In this document: positions 26,738 to 40,800 of the stretch, one piece after another
How positions within the stretch are numbered: the stretch's first letter is position 1
How the letters are laid out: the number at the start of each line of letters is the position of its first letter
Source: Paraspadella gotoi
Lineage: Eukaryota; Animalia; Chaetognatha
Length of the DNA: 64,000 bases
Direction of reading: 5' to 3'
Assembly (NCBI GenBank): GCA_051294375.1
Contig: CM119269.1
Location: 20,879,665 to 20,943,664 of the forward strand
Made by a program: the position numbers and the translations under genes
Notes under the pieces: model-generated
Seen by the model: the letters and a program-made list of their open reading frames with translations, nothing else
Database searches by the model: none
Told to the model about the DNA's origin: nothing

Positions 26738-29700
26738 GCTTTCTTCTCGATCTATCTTTCTCCTCGTGATGCCGTCTCTTCTTGTCCTCTTTTCTCTCTC
26801 CGCTTGCACACACAGACCAGCTTTTTCACTTCAGCTAACGAAGTTTTTAAAGTTAAATCTTTTGCCTGTCCTTCAATCAAATCGTGAATAATTTTGTTTA
26901 AATTTCACGCGATAAAAAAAACATTTCCCAACAACTTGGAAAGTGTACATTAAATTTCATTGTCCAAATCAATTTCCCTTAATTGATCGAGATGTCTTTA
27001 TATGTCTTATGTCCTTTATATATAACAAAATATCGTCAAATGTTTAATTTCCAGAATGTAACAGTTTTTATTAAAACCTTTAAAACCGACAGAATTGTTT
27101 GACCCCCTAGCCTAATTAATTATATATCATATTAGAATTATACATAAATCTTTTTAGTCTTATATTTGTTTGATAATTGCCAAAAGAATGGACGACATCC
27201 AACGCGTGGATATCGAATTCTCCTTCCCTCGAGTTGAGCGAGGGGTCGGATCGGGCGCTTTAAACACCGTAAGCGGAGAGAAATTGAAGGTTAAGGAATG
27301 ATTGGAGAAAACAGTAGGGGGAACCTTAGCCGTGGCTTTGTGATGCGATGCCGATGGAAGTAATAGAAATACAAGTGATAAAAAGCCAAAGTTGAGAAGG
27401 ACAACAAATTGAGGAAGGAACGGTTTAATCATAATATTAACCTGTGGAAAAGAATTAAGATATGAACGAATGGAACCACATGTTTTTTTACTGCCTTAGT
27501 ATACGTAATAAAAAATCATAATATCATATCATAAAATTGAGTTTTCTTGTGACAATCCTTATAAAATCATAAACATTTTAAAATCATATTTTTTTTAAAA
27601 TATAAGAAGAGTTTCGAATTTCCGCCGGAAAAAAAGTTAAAGCTGCAAAAAATGACTCAAACGTTTCATCATTACTAGATAATTTCTAATACTGACTGTC
27701 TATTTCTTAACTACCGAGTGTGAAAAAGCTGCAGAATTTGACACTTTTTTTTTCATTTTTGATGCTGAAGACATTAAAAATTTTTAATAACATAATTTTA
27801 TAGTTTTGAATCTTGAAGAGAATTTAACTAGGTTTGGTTAACAATGATTGTTATTTATAAGGCAGACATGTTTCTTATCAATTCGTCTTCATCAGCGCTT
27901 TCACCACTAACCAGTAACCACTGTCCTTTTTCAAATTTTGGTTGAACTCATTGCTCTCATCATCACAATCATTAAAAGCATTCACATTTGGTAAACCATA
28001 CACCTTCTCTGAGTGCCGAGAGAAGGCGGGTAATGCCTTTTGTGGATCGCGCCCATCAGGAATACATGCATAGTATCAGATTGCTGTTCACTATTGCTGT
28101 CAGAAAGTCAACAATTCTGAAGCGGATTGCGTGAGACATTTTGCTTCCCTGTCTTACAATTTTTATAATCAGGGCAATTGCAGTTCCCTAACAAACTGCG
28201 CCAGGCAAAGAAGTTTAAAAGTTACCATTTCTTCTATCTTGGATTTTTGGCCAAATTTCCATGAAATTTTGTAAGCGCGCAAAGAATTTTGAACCATATC
28301 ATCGCAAAAAGGCTTTGTTACGAAAAATAATTTATTATATTATCGATGAATCCATACATGAAATCTTTTCCCATGTGCTCTTGCGTTCTTTTAACTGACT
28401 CATAAATGGGCCTCGCGTTTCAGGATTCACAGACAAAAACTTTTTAGTTGAAAGTGCAGATTTTAAGGCAGTGAATGCGATTGATTGGTTCATCAAATTT
28501 CGATAGTATTCTAATTACGTATTTATCGACATGGGCAACAAATCTGTCAGTTTTTTCAAAAACTGTAGGTTCTCTATTTATTCGGAATCTTTAGTTTTTA
28601 AAGAAACTATTTTGTAATCGCCTAGATTGGTGACCTTTTTTCTGTGAGAGAAGCACACTTTTTTTTGTACTATTATGGCTTTAGAAACATGTGAGATAAG
28701 ACTCTTTAAAACTTTAATATATATTTCCGAGTTTGTACTAAATTAGACGAGAATCTCGCTTAAAAAAAATTCAACATTTTTTCTAAATAGAGAATTTCGT
28801 TAAAAATCTGACTACCCAAATTGCAAACGAGATTGCCAAGAAATTCGGGTAAAAACAGTTGTAAAACACACCGATTCCGATAGGCGTTATATCTTAAGAG
28901 CTAGCCAAATCCGTCTATGGCATTTGATAAAGGATTTAATATTCAAAACAAGCCAGGGGAAAATGCACTAGTTCCCATCTCCGTAGAATTTTCAAACCTT
29001 GTTTTTTACATATAGAAATGAAAGGGAAATTTTGCTTTTCAAAAAATTTTGTAAACCGGGCTTAGGGTATGTTAAGCATTATAAATATTACTTCGAATTT
29101 GAAAGATTTAAAAAAGCCTCTTGTCTCAAGAGCTTGCCAAATTTTTCTTTCATTAATTGACCAAACTCTTTTCATAAGTAAACCAACGATTGTAAAGTCG
29201 CATTGGTCTGGTTTGACAACATGAAATTTTTATTTAATAGAAATTAAAAGGAAGGTTTGGAGAAAAAACTGATTTTTCTGATATCTCTTTGAAAGGAACA
29301 GAAGATACAGGGATGGCAATAGTACCAAAATGAAAGCCATAATCATTAGGCAAACATACAAGTTACAATATTAGAATTATTTTTGCTGAAACCTCTTTAC
29401 AGGGTGAGTGTCAAATAAGTTCCAATTATTAATGAATTTTAAAACTAAATGAAACCTGCATAAAAATAAATTGAAAATTAAAATTCTTTTTAGTGATTCT
29501 GAAAGAAAAAAGGCCTAATTGTACTTATAGTAAACTTTAAAGTTTTTTGGATAAAAGAAAATATAATTTTTTTTTCTACTTAAATATTTGCTTCACTGAT
29601 ATTACAAGCATGCTTACAAAAGTTCTACAATAATATTATTCACCCAATCACAGCCTAACTATTCTATCTTTCTTTTCCACCAGCAAAAAGTAAACATTAT

Positions 29701-32700
29701 TTTATGTTAGAGAACAGGGATGTTACTGAAATGAGCTGGAAGACCGTTTCAATCTACTTCACTTTAATGTCATTTTTCAATAATAAAATAGGCGAATCTT
29801 TTAATTATTTAAACTCTCACCGCTTTCACAAGAAACATTTTACTTTCAATAATATCAATGTTAAATGTTATTCATTATATTTTGTTTACGCAGAAATCAT
29901 AAAATAACAGAAAGTTTTATGGATTCCCTTCGCTCGTTTAAGAAAAAAAATTAACTAGCGGAATTATAAGTTTGTAAGAGGAAGTCAGAATCGGCGAAAC
30001 ATCTTAAAAGGCGAGAATGTTGAAAAAAGGGGTGGAATTTTATGGGTTTCCTAATAGATTTCTCCACAAATGTGGAGTCCGATTAAAAGCGAACTGAGAT
30101 TACAAATATTCCCGTCGAATTCCACATCTATTCGATATAAAATTATAGAAAAAGTCATGGCTTCTTTTTCTATAGCGGCTTCCTAACTAAATGTTTTTTG
30201 GATATTTTTCTGCCTAGACTTCTTCTCTTCTAAAGCATACTTTGCATCGTCAAGTCCTCGCCTTCGTCCTTCTGGCCGAGACTTTGTCCTCATTTCCTGA
30301 ACGTCAATTGACCGGCGCCATCATCTCCTTCTGCCCATTTTGTCTATAAATACCATCATCTTATTTGGTGTAAGAGTTTGCCCGGAAAAGGTTAGCAAGT
30401 CAATAAACTCATCTCTCCCAACTTATTTCAAATATATTAATCTTGTTTCTAAAGCCAAATTTGCTACAAAAAGCGTTGTTTCTATCACAAGAAAGGCCCA
30501 CCAATCCCAACGATCACAAATAGGTTTTCTAAAAAACTAACGTTTTCAAGATTTTTAGAAAAAATAATATTGAAAGACTGGACCAGATTTGTGTTGGTCC
30601 ACGTCGATTAAATCGTAAATTAGAATCTAATCGAAATCCGATGAACCAATCAGAATCCGCCATGCACGGCCTTGAAAATCTGCTACTTAAGTCTATACTA
30701 AAATACATAATCGATAACTAAGATGTCGCTTTTTCTGAGTCGATCATAAAAACAAAAGAGCAGCGGAAAAGTAGAGAAGTTTGGATTTCCAATCAAAATA
30801 TAATAAATTTTATTCGTACATGGCTGTAAAAGATCCGGGTTTATCAGAAGTTTGCCGTGTTAATTTTTCAGAGATGTTTTTTATATCGAATCACAAGAAA
30901 TTTACACCCAGTTTCCAAAATGGTCTTTTTTTTTCTATCTTAACCGTTTTTGCTGCTGTCAGCACTAAAGTTAGTCCCTTGACCTGGACCATCCCTTTTA
31001 GTGACTTATATATTCAAATTTGTACCATGTATCTAATATTGTATATCGTCGCATTAGTACATTACATTGAAGAAAATAGTGCTGAGCTCTATCTTAACTT
31101 CGTGTCTAACAACATATCATAATAAAAAATTTTCTTCATACTCAGGAGGGAAAACTTCCGGGCAATGCAAGGCTTTTGAAGTCATTGTAACAACGAGGCT
31201 CGTACGGACGTATTAAGAAGCAACTACCTCTTGGATTCAACAACTGGGGGTAATTCCGTCCCCAGTACTGTTACAAGGTCATCCACCTCAAAGAGAAAGT
31301 CGCGGCTTTTTATTCGACTTTTGGCGCCAAGCAGGATCTCTGGAAGCTTCATGAGGAACTCTGGAATGCCCTTAATTCCCACCAGTGACAGGAGTAGAGG
31401 TCATCATGACAGCATGACAGCATGACAGCTGACCATATCTTGAAACCCGCCGCAAGAAAAAATTAACTAATGTAAACATAAACACAATTTTAACATTTTG
31501 AAAAAGATACTGAAGATAAGTCATACTTATTTGTTATGTATAAATATCTTGATATATTTGGTTTTGTTTTGTGTCCTATGAGCAAAAAAAGATGAGGAGG
31601 CAAATTCAAGGCCTTTCGATCAAAAATAAAAAGAATTCATTACTTATGATTGATAGCTTTTTAAGCAATTGAAGACGTCAGTGATTATTATTATTATTAG
31701 TGACAGAAACCGGTTCAATATAAGCAGTCCTGAGCTTCGGTCAGGCTGTAACACCGTTGTTACAGGCGGGTAGCGCCCGTCCCTCTTAAACTGCCTAGGC
31801 GGCCACCGGATAGAAACCCCAGACCTTTGGTTGCGGGAAGCGAATGGATTTGCTTCTGGCACCATGCCGCTTGATGAACAGGTTTGGTGGATTTTAGCTC
31901 CACCATACATTCCCCTCCCGTAGGAGAAGTCTTTTGCGTCTCTTCAGTGAATTTGTTTGTTGGTGGAAGTNNNNNNNNNNNNNNNNNNNNNNNNNCTTAT
32001 ATTGAACGGTTCTGTCACTAATACATAATAATAATCACTGACTCTTCAATTGCTTAAAAAAGCTATCAAATCTAAGTAATGAATTTCTTTTTATTTTTGA
32101 TCGAAAGGCTTGAATTTGCTCCTCATCTTTTTTTGCTCATTAGGGACACAAAACAAAACCAATTATCAAGATATTTATACATAAAAATAAGTATGACTTA
32201 TCTTCAAGTATCTTTTTCAAAATGTTAAAATTTGTTTGTTTACATTTAGTTAATTTTTTCTTGCGGCGGGTTTCAAATGGTCATGCTGTCATGCTGTCAT
32301 GCTGTCATGATGACTTACTCCGTCACGGTGGGATAAGCATTCCAGGATTCCTCATGAACTTCCAGAGATCCTGTTGGCGCCAATAGTCGAATAAAAGCCG
32401 GGACTTTCTCTTTGAGGTGGATGACCTTGTAACAGTACTGCGACGGAATTACCCCCAGTTGTTGAATCCAAGAGTAGTTGCTCTTAATACGCTCCGTACG
32501 AGCTTCGTTCGTAATGACTTCAAAGCCTTCATTGCCGGAAGTTTCCTCCTGAGTAGGAAAATTTTTTATTATGATATGTTGTTGACACGAAGTTAAGATA
32601 GAGCTAACACTATTTTCTCATGTATGTACTAATGCGACGATATACAATATTAGATACATGGTACAATATTGAATATATAAGTCACTAAAGGGAGGTCCAG

Positions 32701-35700
32701 GTCTAATGGGACTAACTTTAAGTGCTGACAGCACAAAAACGGTTTAAGATAGAAAAAAAAGACCATTTTTGGAAACTGGGTTAAATTTTCTTGTGATCGA
32801 TATAAAAAACATCTGAAAAATTAAACAGCAACTTCTGTAACCCGGATCTTTCACCATGTTACGAAATAACAATTTATTATATTTTGATGAAATCCAAACT
32901 TCTCTACTTTTCCCGATGCTCTTTTGTTTTTTGATCGACTCAGAAAAAGCGACATCTTTAGTTACGATTATGTATTTTAGTATAGACTTAAGTACAGATT
33001 TCAAGGCAGTGCATGGCGGATTCTGATTGGTTCATCGGATTTCGATAGATTCTAATTACGATTTATCGACGTGGACCAACAAATCTGTCCAGTCTTTCAA
33101 TATTATTTTTCTAAAAATCTTGGAATCGTTAGTTTTTAGAACCTATTTTGTGATCGTTGGATTGGTGGGCCTTTCTTGTGATAGAAACAACCTTTTTGTA
33201 CAAATTTGGCTTTAGAAACAAGATTAATATATTGAAATAAGTTGGGAGAGATGGTTTCATTGACTTGCTAACTTTTCCGGGCAAACTCTACACCAAATAA
33301 GATGATGGTATTTATAGAAAAATGGCGCAGAGGAGATGATGGCGCCGGTCAATTGACGTTCAGGGAAATGAAGGGACAAAGTCTCGCCAGAAGGACGAAG
33401 CGAGGACTTGACGATGCAACTAGGCAGAAAATATCAAAAACATTTAGTACAAACTCGGAAAATATATATTAAAGTTTAAAGAGTCTTTCTCACAGGTTTC
33501 TAAAGCCATAATAGTACAAAAAAGTTGCTTCTCTCTAATCGCCCTAGATTGGTGGACCTTTTTTCTGTGAGAGAAGCCCAACTTTTTTGTACTATTATGC
33601 TTTAGAAACCTGTGCGAAAGACTCTTTAAAACTTCTAATATATATTTTCCGGAGTTTGTAACTAAAATGTTTTGATATTTTCTGCCTAGGACTTCTTCTT
33701 CTTCTTTAAAGATACTTGCATCGGTCAAGTCCTCGCCTTCGTCTTCTGGCCGAGACTTTGTCCTCATTTCGCTGCAACGTCAATTGACCGGCGCCATCAT
33801 CTCCTTCTGCGCCATTTTTCTATAAATACCATCATCTTATTTGGTGTAGAGTTTGCCCGGAAAAGTTAGCAAGTCAATGAAACCATCTCTCCCAACTTAT
33901 TTCAAATATATTAATCTTGTTTCTAAAGCAAATTTGTACAAAAAGGTTGTTTCTATCACACAGAAAGGCCCACCAATCCAACGATCACAAATAGGTTCTA
34001 AAAACTAACGATTTCCAAGATTTTTAGAAAAAATAATATTGAAAGACCTGGACAGATTTTGTTGGTCCACGTCGATAAATCGTAATTAGAATCTATCGAA
34101 ATCCGATGAACCAATCAGAATCCGCCATGCACGGCCTTGAAATCTGTACTTAAGTCTATACTAAAATACATAATCGTAACTAAGATGTCGCTTTTTCTGA
34201 GTCGATCAAAAAACAAAAGAGCATCGGGAAAAGTAGAGAAGTTTGGATTTCATCAAAATATAATAAATTGTTATTTCGTAACATGGGTGAAAGATCCGGG
34301 TTACAGAAGTTTGCTGTTTAATTTTTCAGAGATGTTTTTTATATCGACATCACAAGAAAATTTAACCCAGTTTCCAAAATGGTCTTTTTTTTTCTATCTT
34401 AACCGTTTTTGTGCTGTCAGCACTTAAGTTAGTCCCATTAGACCTGGACCTCCCTTTAGTGACTTATATACTTCAATATTGTACCATGTATCTAATATTG
34501 TATATCGTCGCATTAGTACATACATGAGAAAATAGTGTTAGCTCTATCTTAACTTCGTGTCAACAACATATCATAATAAAAAATTTTCCTTACTCAGAGG
34601 GAAACTTCCGGCAATGAAGGCTTTTGAAGTCATTTACGAACGAAGCTCGTACGGACGTATTAAGAGCAACTACTCTTGGATTCAACAACTGGGGTAATTC
34701 CGTCGCCCCAGTAGCTGTTACAAGTCATTCCACCTCAAAGAGAAAGTCCCGGCTTTTATTCGACTATTGGCGCCAACAGGATCTCTGGAAGTTCATGAGG
34801 AATCCTGGAATGCCTTATCCCACCGTGACGGAGTAAGTCATCATGACAGCATGAACAGCATGACAGCATGACCATTTGAAACCCGCCGCAAGAAAAAATT
34901 AACTAAATGTAAACAAACACAAATTTTTAACATTTTGAAAAAGATACTTGAAGATAAGTCATACTTATTTTTATGTATAAATATCTTGATAATTGGTTTT
35001 GTTTTGTGTCCTAATGAGCAAAAAAAGATGAGGAGCAAATTCAAGCCTTTCGATCAAAAATAAAAAGAAATTCATTACTTAGATTGATAGCTTTTTTAAG
35101 CAATTGAAGAGTCAGTGATTATTATTATGTATTAGTGACAGAAACCGTTCAATATAAGCAGTCCCTGAGCTTCGGATCAGGCTGTAACACCGTGTTACAG
35201 GCGGGTTAAGCGCCCCGTCCCTCTTAACTGCCTAGGCGGCCACCGGGATAGAACCCCAGACCTTTGGGTTCGGGAAGCGAATGATTTGCTTCTGGCACCA
35301 ATGGCCGCTGATGAACGGTTGGTGGATTTTAGTCCACCATACATCCCCTCCCGTAGGGAGAAGTCTGTTGCGTCTCTTCAGTGAATTGTTTGTTGGTGAG
35401 AAGTTGCGTTACCACAGTTGAGGCATGTCGCCTGATTTTTTTTTTTTGTTAGTTTTTTAAACCAATTATTGAGAATATTTTAAAAAAATGTAAGGTCCTG
35501 CAAACTTTTTAGCTGCTTTGAAGTCGTTTATTTTTCAAGCAATATCAATATTATAGTTATTTTTTGGAAAACTTTTTTTATAAATTGTTCAGAAAGTAAG
35601 ATACATAATTTTTCATTAAAAAATATTAAGCTTTTGAGCAGGGAGATCATTTTCAAAGCTATCTTTTACCTCTTCCTGTTAAAGAAGAAGTAAACCGAAA

Positions 35701-36677
35701 GTAATGATATTTTATACATAAAAAATGAGTATGTTTTGTCTTTAAGTATCTTTTCAAAATAATTTAAAATATTTTCATATTTTCATTTGGTTAATTTTTT
35801 CTAGTGGCGGGGATTTCAAATGGACACGCTGTAATTCTAATTTTTTTTCTTCCATCTGCTTTCTCTTCTCTAACTAGGTTTCTTCCTCTCTTTTTATGCT
35901 TTGAGGTTAACTCGTGATTCTCATGTAATTGTCAGTAATAGTCGGTAATAGTCAAAACATAAACCATACGCTACTATACAAGTATAATGACAATCATATT
36001 TTTGGTTTTAGGACGAGATACAGCAGCCTCTATTATGAAAGATAATTTTGTTCTGAATTTTGAGTCTAAATTCGTCGCCGACGATGAAGGAAAACAGGAA
36101 AACATCTTTGAACTAACAGAGGATCAACTCAAAGACAGACAGGTGGACTGATGAGGAATGGGTTTTTAAGGTTATGTTATGTTTATGTTATGCTTATCGC
36201 CAGATTCCAGCTCCACTTTGTTGGTCCGTCGGTCCCACCCCCAAAATCTCATCACGCATAAATGGGTAAAAACCGAAAAGGAATAGTTAAAATTTACCCA
36301 CATGAATTCGCGAATCTAAGTGATATTTTCCTCATTCTTATGATTTTCCGAACAAATATTTTTCGTTCGCATACGGCGACATTCAAAGAGGATGAAATTG
36401 ACCTTATCAACTCGTTACTGAAATTCATGGATTATGTCTCACGGTATATCGGCCCGCATCAAATGAGAACAGTCCTTCTTGAAAATCCTTGACAACGTAT
36501 TTTTAGTTGTTTTACTATCCTTTTGATAAATTCCTGTCTTTTATCATAAAATTTTAACGATTCTATTGATACCGGAGGTCCCAATATTCTGCTTGACAAT
36601 GGTTTTTGCGGCAACTATATCCTTTACAAGATGTTTGTTTTTTCTGACCTTTGAACTTGAGCGAAGTATCTAGAGAG

Positions 36678-36709
<32 letters not shown>

Positions 36710-37838
36710 ACTGTCTCTCTCTTTGATTTTCATCCTTTTTCATCTGATTTGAATATGAATTTGAATTTGTGAATGGCTAATGTTTAATAAAATAAACCAT
36801 ATCTCGATATTTTTGTATGAACCTATTGAATTAAAAACCTTTTTATGCAATAGTAATCTATGGATTAATTGTTTGAATAAAAAAATTGAGAAAAAAAGAA
36901 TTGAGAAAAAACAAAAAAAAAATTAAGGAAAAATAATTTATAAAAAAATCTGAAATTTAAAAAAACGGTAAACGAAGATTCCGAAATCTTTTGTTTGGTC
37001 TTACCTCGATTGCGAAAAAATATTACCCCATTTTATGCCGCTGATGTTGTGGTAACAGTAATTTTTTATCAATTCGAACGCCTCGAAATTATACATATTT
37101 ATCGCAAAAAAAAAATTATGTTCATTCCGTCTGTCTGTCTGTCTGTCTGTCTGTTTGCTCTGAAGGGTCCACCAACTTTTCATTAAACTCCAATTACATG
37201 TGATTTGAAATTGTGGAATGAAATTTTTTGTGTTGCGTAGCGAAGTTGTGCTGATGAGCTCGAATAATAAAGTTTAGAGGGAAAATCCGTTGCGAAGTGG
37301 AAAATGAGTTTTAAATGCCGAAAAAGAACAAAAGTCACATTTAGCTGTGAATTTTTTTACAATTTGTTTATTATATTGATTAGAAAATTGATAGATAAAT
37401 TGAAATTAACAATCTTGTGTCATAGGTAGCGAAAGTACACTGCCTTAACTTGATATATTTTTTTTTATGTGAATCGTAGGAGTGGAAAGCCCTTTCTAAG
37501 TCCAGCACAAATAGGCTCAACCGACTTGTCTCTCAACCACTGACGCGTCAATGACTCGACCTCATCGATCAGGTGTCTTTCTTTATTCTTGCTTCAACCC
37601 AAAGGGAGCCAGCTCATTTTGTGCTCTTTCTTATTTTAAATTTTTCACTCTTAATAACGGTATTTCAAAACTCGTATCCCCTCCACAATCTTTCACCTTT
37701 CATTTTCTCATTTTCAATAAAATCATAATTTAATAGTATTAATTGTTAAAAAATGTTTATTATTTATCAACTTTTAGTTTAAAAATTTTATCTTTTGTGG
37801 TAACGATATGCCATAATGTATTGTTTCTAATACAGTTT

Positions 37839-37869
<31 letters not shown>

Positions 37870-40800
37870 CTTTCACCTTTTAATTTCTTTTCACAATTCT
37901 AGACATCCACTCTGTCCTCACCTTAACCTGTCCTCACATCTGACCACTATCTTTTTCTGAACTCTGTTTGAAATTTTGCCCTCTTCTCTCTCTCTGTCTT
38001 TCTTTCTTTAAAGCAAAAAATTCTGCTTGCAATTCAACAATTTGAATTGCCTGCTGAAGAAGTCGAAACATGTCCGTTTCACTATGAAATAAAATCGTTG
38101 TTTAAATCTCACTTCAAAACTTTGTTCTAAAGAAAAGAAGAAAAAAGTAAAAATTTCTACCATTTACGCATTTAAATTTTTAGGAAAGGAGCTGTAAATA
38201 CTACATAACCGGCTTGCAATCTTTTTTGGCCCAATCACGCAACGCTAAGGGCCGCGACGCGGGGGTCTTGGCGGAAAGTAACTTGGTCGGGTCCATGTTG
38301 GGGTCGTAATCATACTGCATGAGAAAATTTAAAATTTGGTCGATCGTTAATTTAAGTTTAATTTTAAAATTTGAAAGTTTGAAATATTTGGTAGCAAGTA
38401 TGTCTTGGATATGATGCAGGATTAAGTTGACTACGAACTAAACAAGTTTGAGGCAGCAATGTCGGATCTGGCCTACAATAATTAAGGCGGTAATCTGCTC
38501 AAATCAGATGATACAATCACAATATTTTTTAAAAAAAATTTTTTAACTCGCTCAACAATTTTTTTTAACTTGCATCATTTTTGTGAACTCGCATAATTTT
38601 TTCCATGCACAATTATTTTTTTTTCATACTTAATATTTTTTTTGCATTTAGGCATGCATTTTAGGCAATTCGGCAATCATTTTTTCAAACTCGGGCCATG
38701 CATTTTTTCAACTCGTATCATTTTTTCCCTCTCAATAATTTTTTCAAACTCATCATTTTTTTCATTTACATAATCTTTTAAATTCAGCATAATTTTTTTT
38801 AACTTGCATCATTTTTTTCAAACTTGCATCATTTATTCAACTTGCATAATTTCTTCAACTTGCATAATTTTTTCACTGCATAATTTTTTCAACTTGCATA
38901 AATTTTTTCAACTTGGCATAATTTTTTCAAACTTGCATATTTTTTTCAAACCGTTGGCATAATATTTCAAAGCTTGCATAATTTTTTCAAAACTTTCATA
39001 ATTAATTTTTCACTTGGCATAATTTTTTCAACTTGCATAATTTTTTTAATTGTAAATCATTTTTTTCAAATTAATCAATTAATTAATTAAAAGCATTTAT
39101 TAGTAATCATAAATAAAAAGATTCAAGAATATGTTGATTTTTTTTTTTAATGCGAGATTCTCGTTTACAATAGGAGTCTACAGTCGTTCTAAGAGATCGA
39201 GGAAGACTTTTTTCTAATGGAGATTATTTGTTCAAATCTGACTACCAACAATATAAACGCTCCTGGTAAAAATTCCTGGTAAAATATCGATGTAAAAACA
39301 CTGTTGTTCGATCCTGTTGCATCTGAAGGGCTCGCATTTTTTTTTCTCTTGGGCAATCATCAACATCTTGATATCAACAAGCCAGAACAAATAGACTAGC
39401 TTCTGGATGGGAACCAAATTTTCATCTCTGATTTTATATAGAAATGAAAGGGATTTTTTTCCCGTGAAAACGATATAAAACGGTGACTGAGTATGTTCTT
39501 TCAACAAATTGAGGCGTCAAATTTTGGTTAATATTTCTATTTATAGGTCGGATTTTTTTGAAAGCTTAATATTAACAATATTGCCATCATTCTACCGTTG
39601 GCCGGTATAAGAAATATATTAAAGAAAAACCTGCGGGCTTGTTTGTCGCACGCTTAGTCTAATATACAGCTCAATCACCACTTCCCTACCCACACACAAA
39701 ATTTCATTCGCAATCCATCCATACCAATCACGAGTAAATTGGTGTTTTTTGCTAAGGTGGGACGCGACGGACGGACGGACATCATTTTTTTTTGCATAAT
39801 TTAATCAAATAATTTGATGTTCTTGGGACATGACATAAGTTAGTTGCCGCGACAATATTGAGGGGGTGGACCGCGGACCGACAAGTGAATTTTGGAAAAA
39901 AAATTATGTTTGCTATTTTAACACTCATCCGATCATAAGGAAAATATTTGTGAACTTTATTTTCGCAAACGAAGACTAGGTTCATATACCTTGTAGTCTG
40001 TTAGCTATTCAGAAGAGGTTAACCGCTTGACATTTACCGAACAACAACAACAAAAAAATCTTAAAGGTATAGTGATCCGCCAGACATTAACTAATTAAAA
40101 AAATTAATGAAAAATCTGTAAAAAAAAACCAATGATTGAATGCGATAAAACGAAATTATTGATGTAATAGTAATTGATTATTGATGTAATAGTAATTGAT
40201 TATTGATGTAATAGTAATTGATTGATCAAATAGTAATAGATTGATATAATAGTAATTGATTGATATAATGAGGAGGTGCTGAACCCGCCTGATTCAAGCT
40301 TAGGAACTGCTTATTTGAAATGGTTCTGTCATTACTCATAACAATTGNNNNNNNNNNNNNNNNNNNNNNNNNGATTACAAAATAGTTTCTTAAAACTAAA
40401 GATTCCGAGATAAATAGAGAACCTACAGTGAAAAACTGGACAGATTTGTTGGTCCATGTCGATAAATCGTAATTAGAATATATCGAAATTTGATGAACCA
40501 ATCAATCCGTCATTCACTGCCTTAAAATCTGCACTTCAACTAAAAATGTTGCTGTAATCGCTGAAACGGAGGCCCATTTATGAGTCAGTTAAAAAGAACG
40601 AAAGAGCATCGGGAAAAGATTTCATTTGGATTTCATCGAAATATAATAAATTATTTCGTAACAAAGCCTTTTGCATGATATGTCAAAATTCTTTGCGCCT
40701 TACAAAATTTATGGAAATTTTGGCAAAAATCAAGATAAAGAATGGTAACTTTTAACTTTTGGCCGCGCAGTTTTTAAGACTGCAATTCCCCTGATTAATA

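Larger units (their letters stand above)
30190..35400. repeat. Forward/inverted/forward triplication of the PITP-A exon 2 region, folding back at the ~31980 gap and at ~33545
   Basis: 31996-33420 is the reverse complement of ~30240-31725; 33660-35400 repeats 30190-31970. Confidence 0.9.

Noticed and set aside
35236-35308. Functional tRNA gene
   Set aside because: No convincing D or anticodon arms; embedded in a dispersed repeat with a TAA-rich tail.
23860-36245. Additional + strand PITP genes
   Set aside because: Exons match paralogs A or B apart from indels; these are inverted redundant copies.
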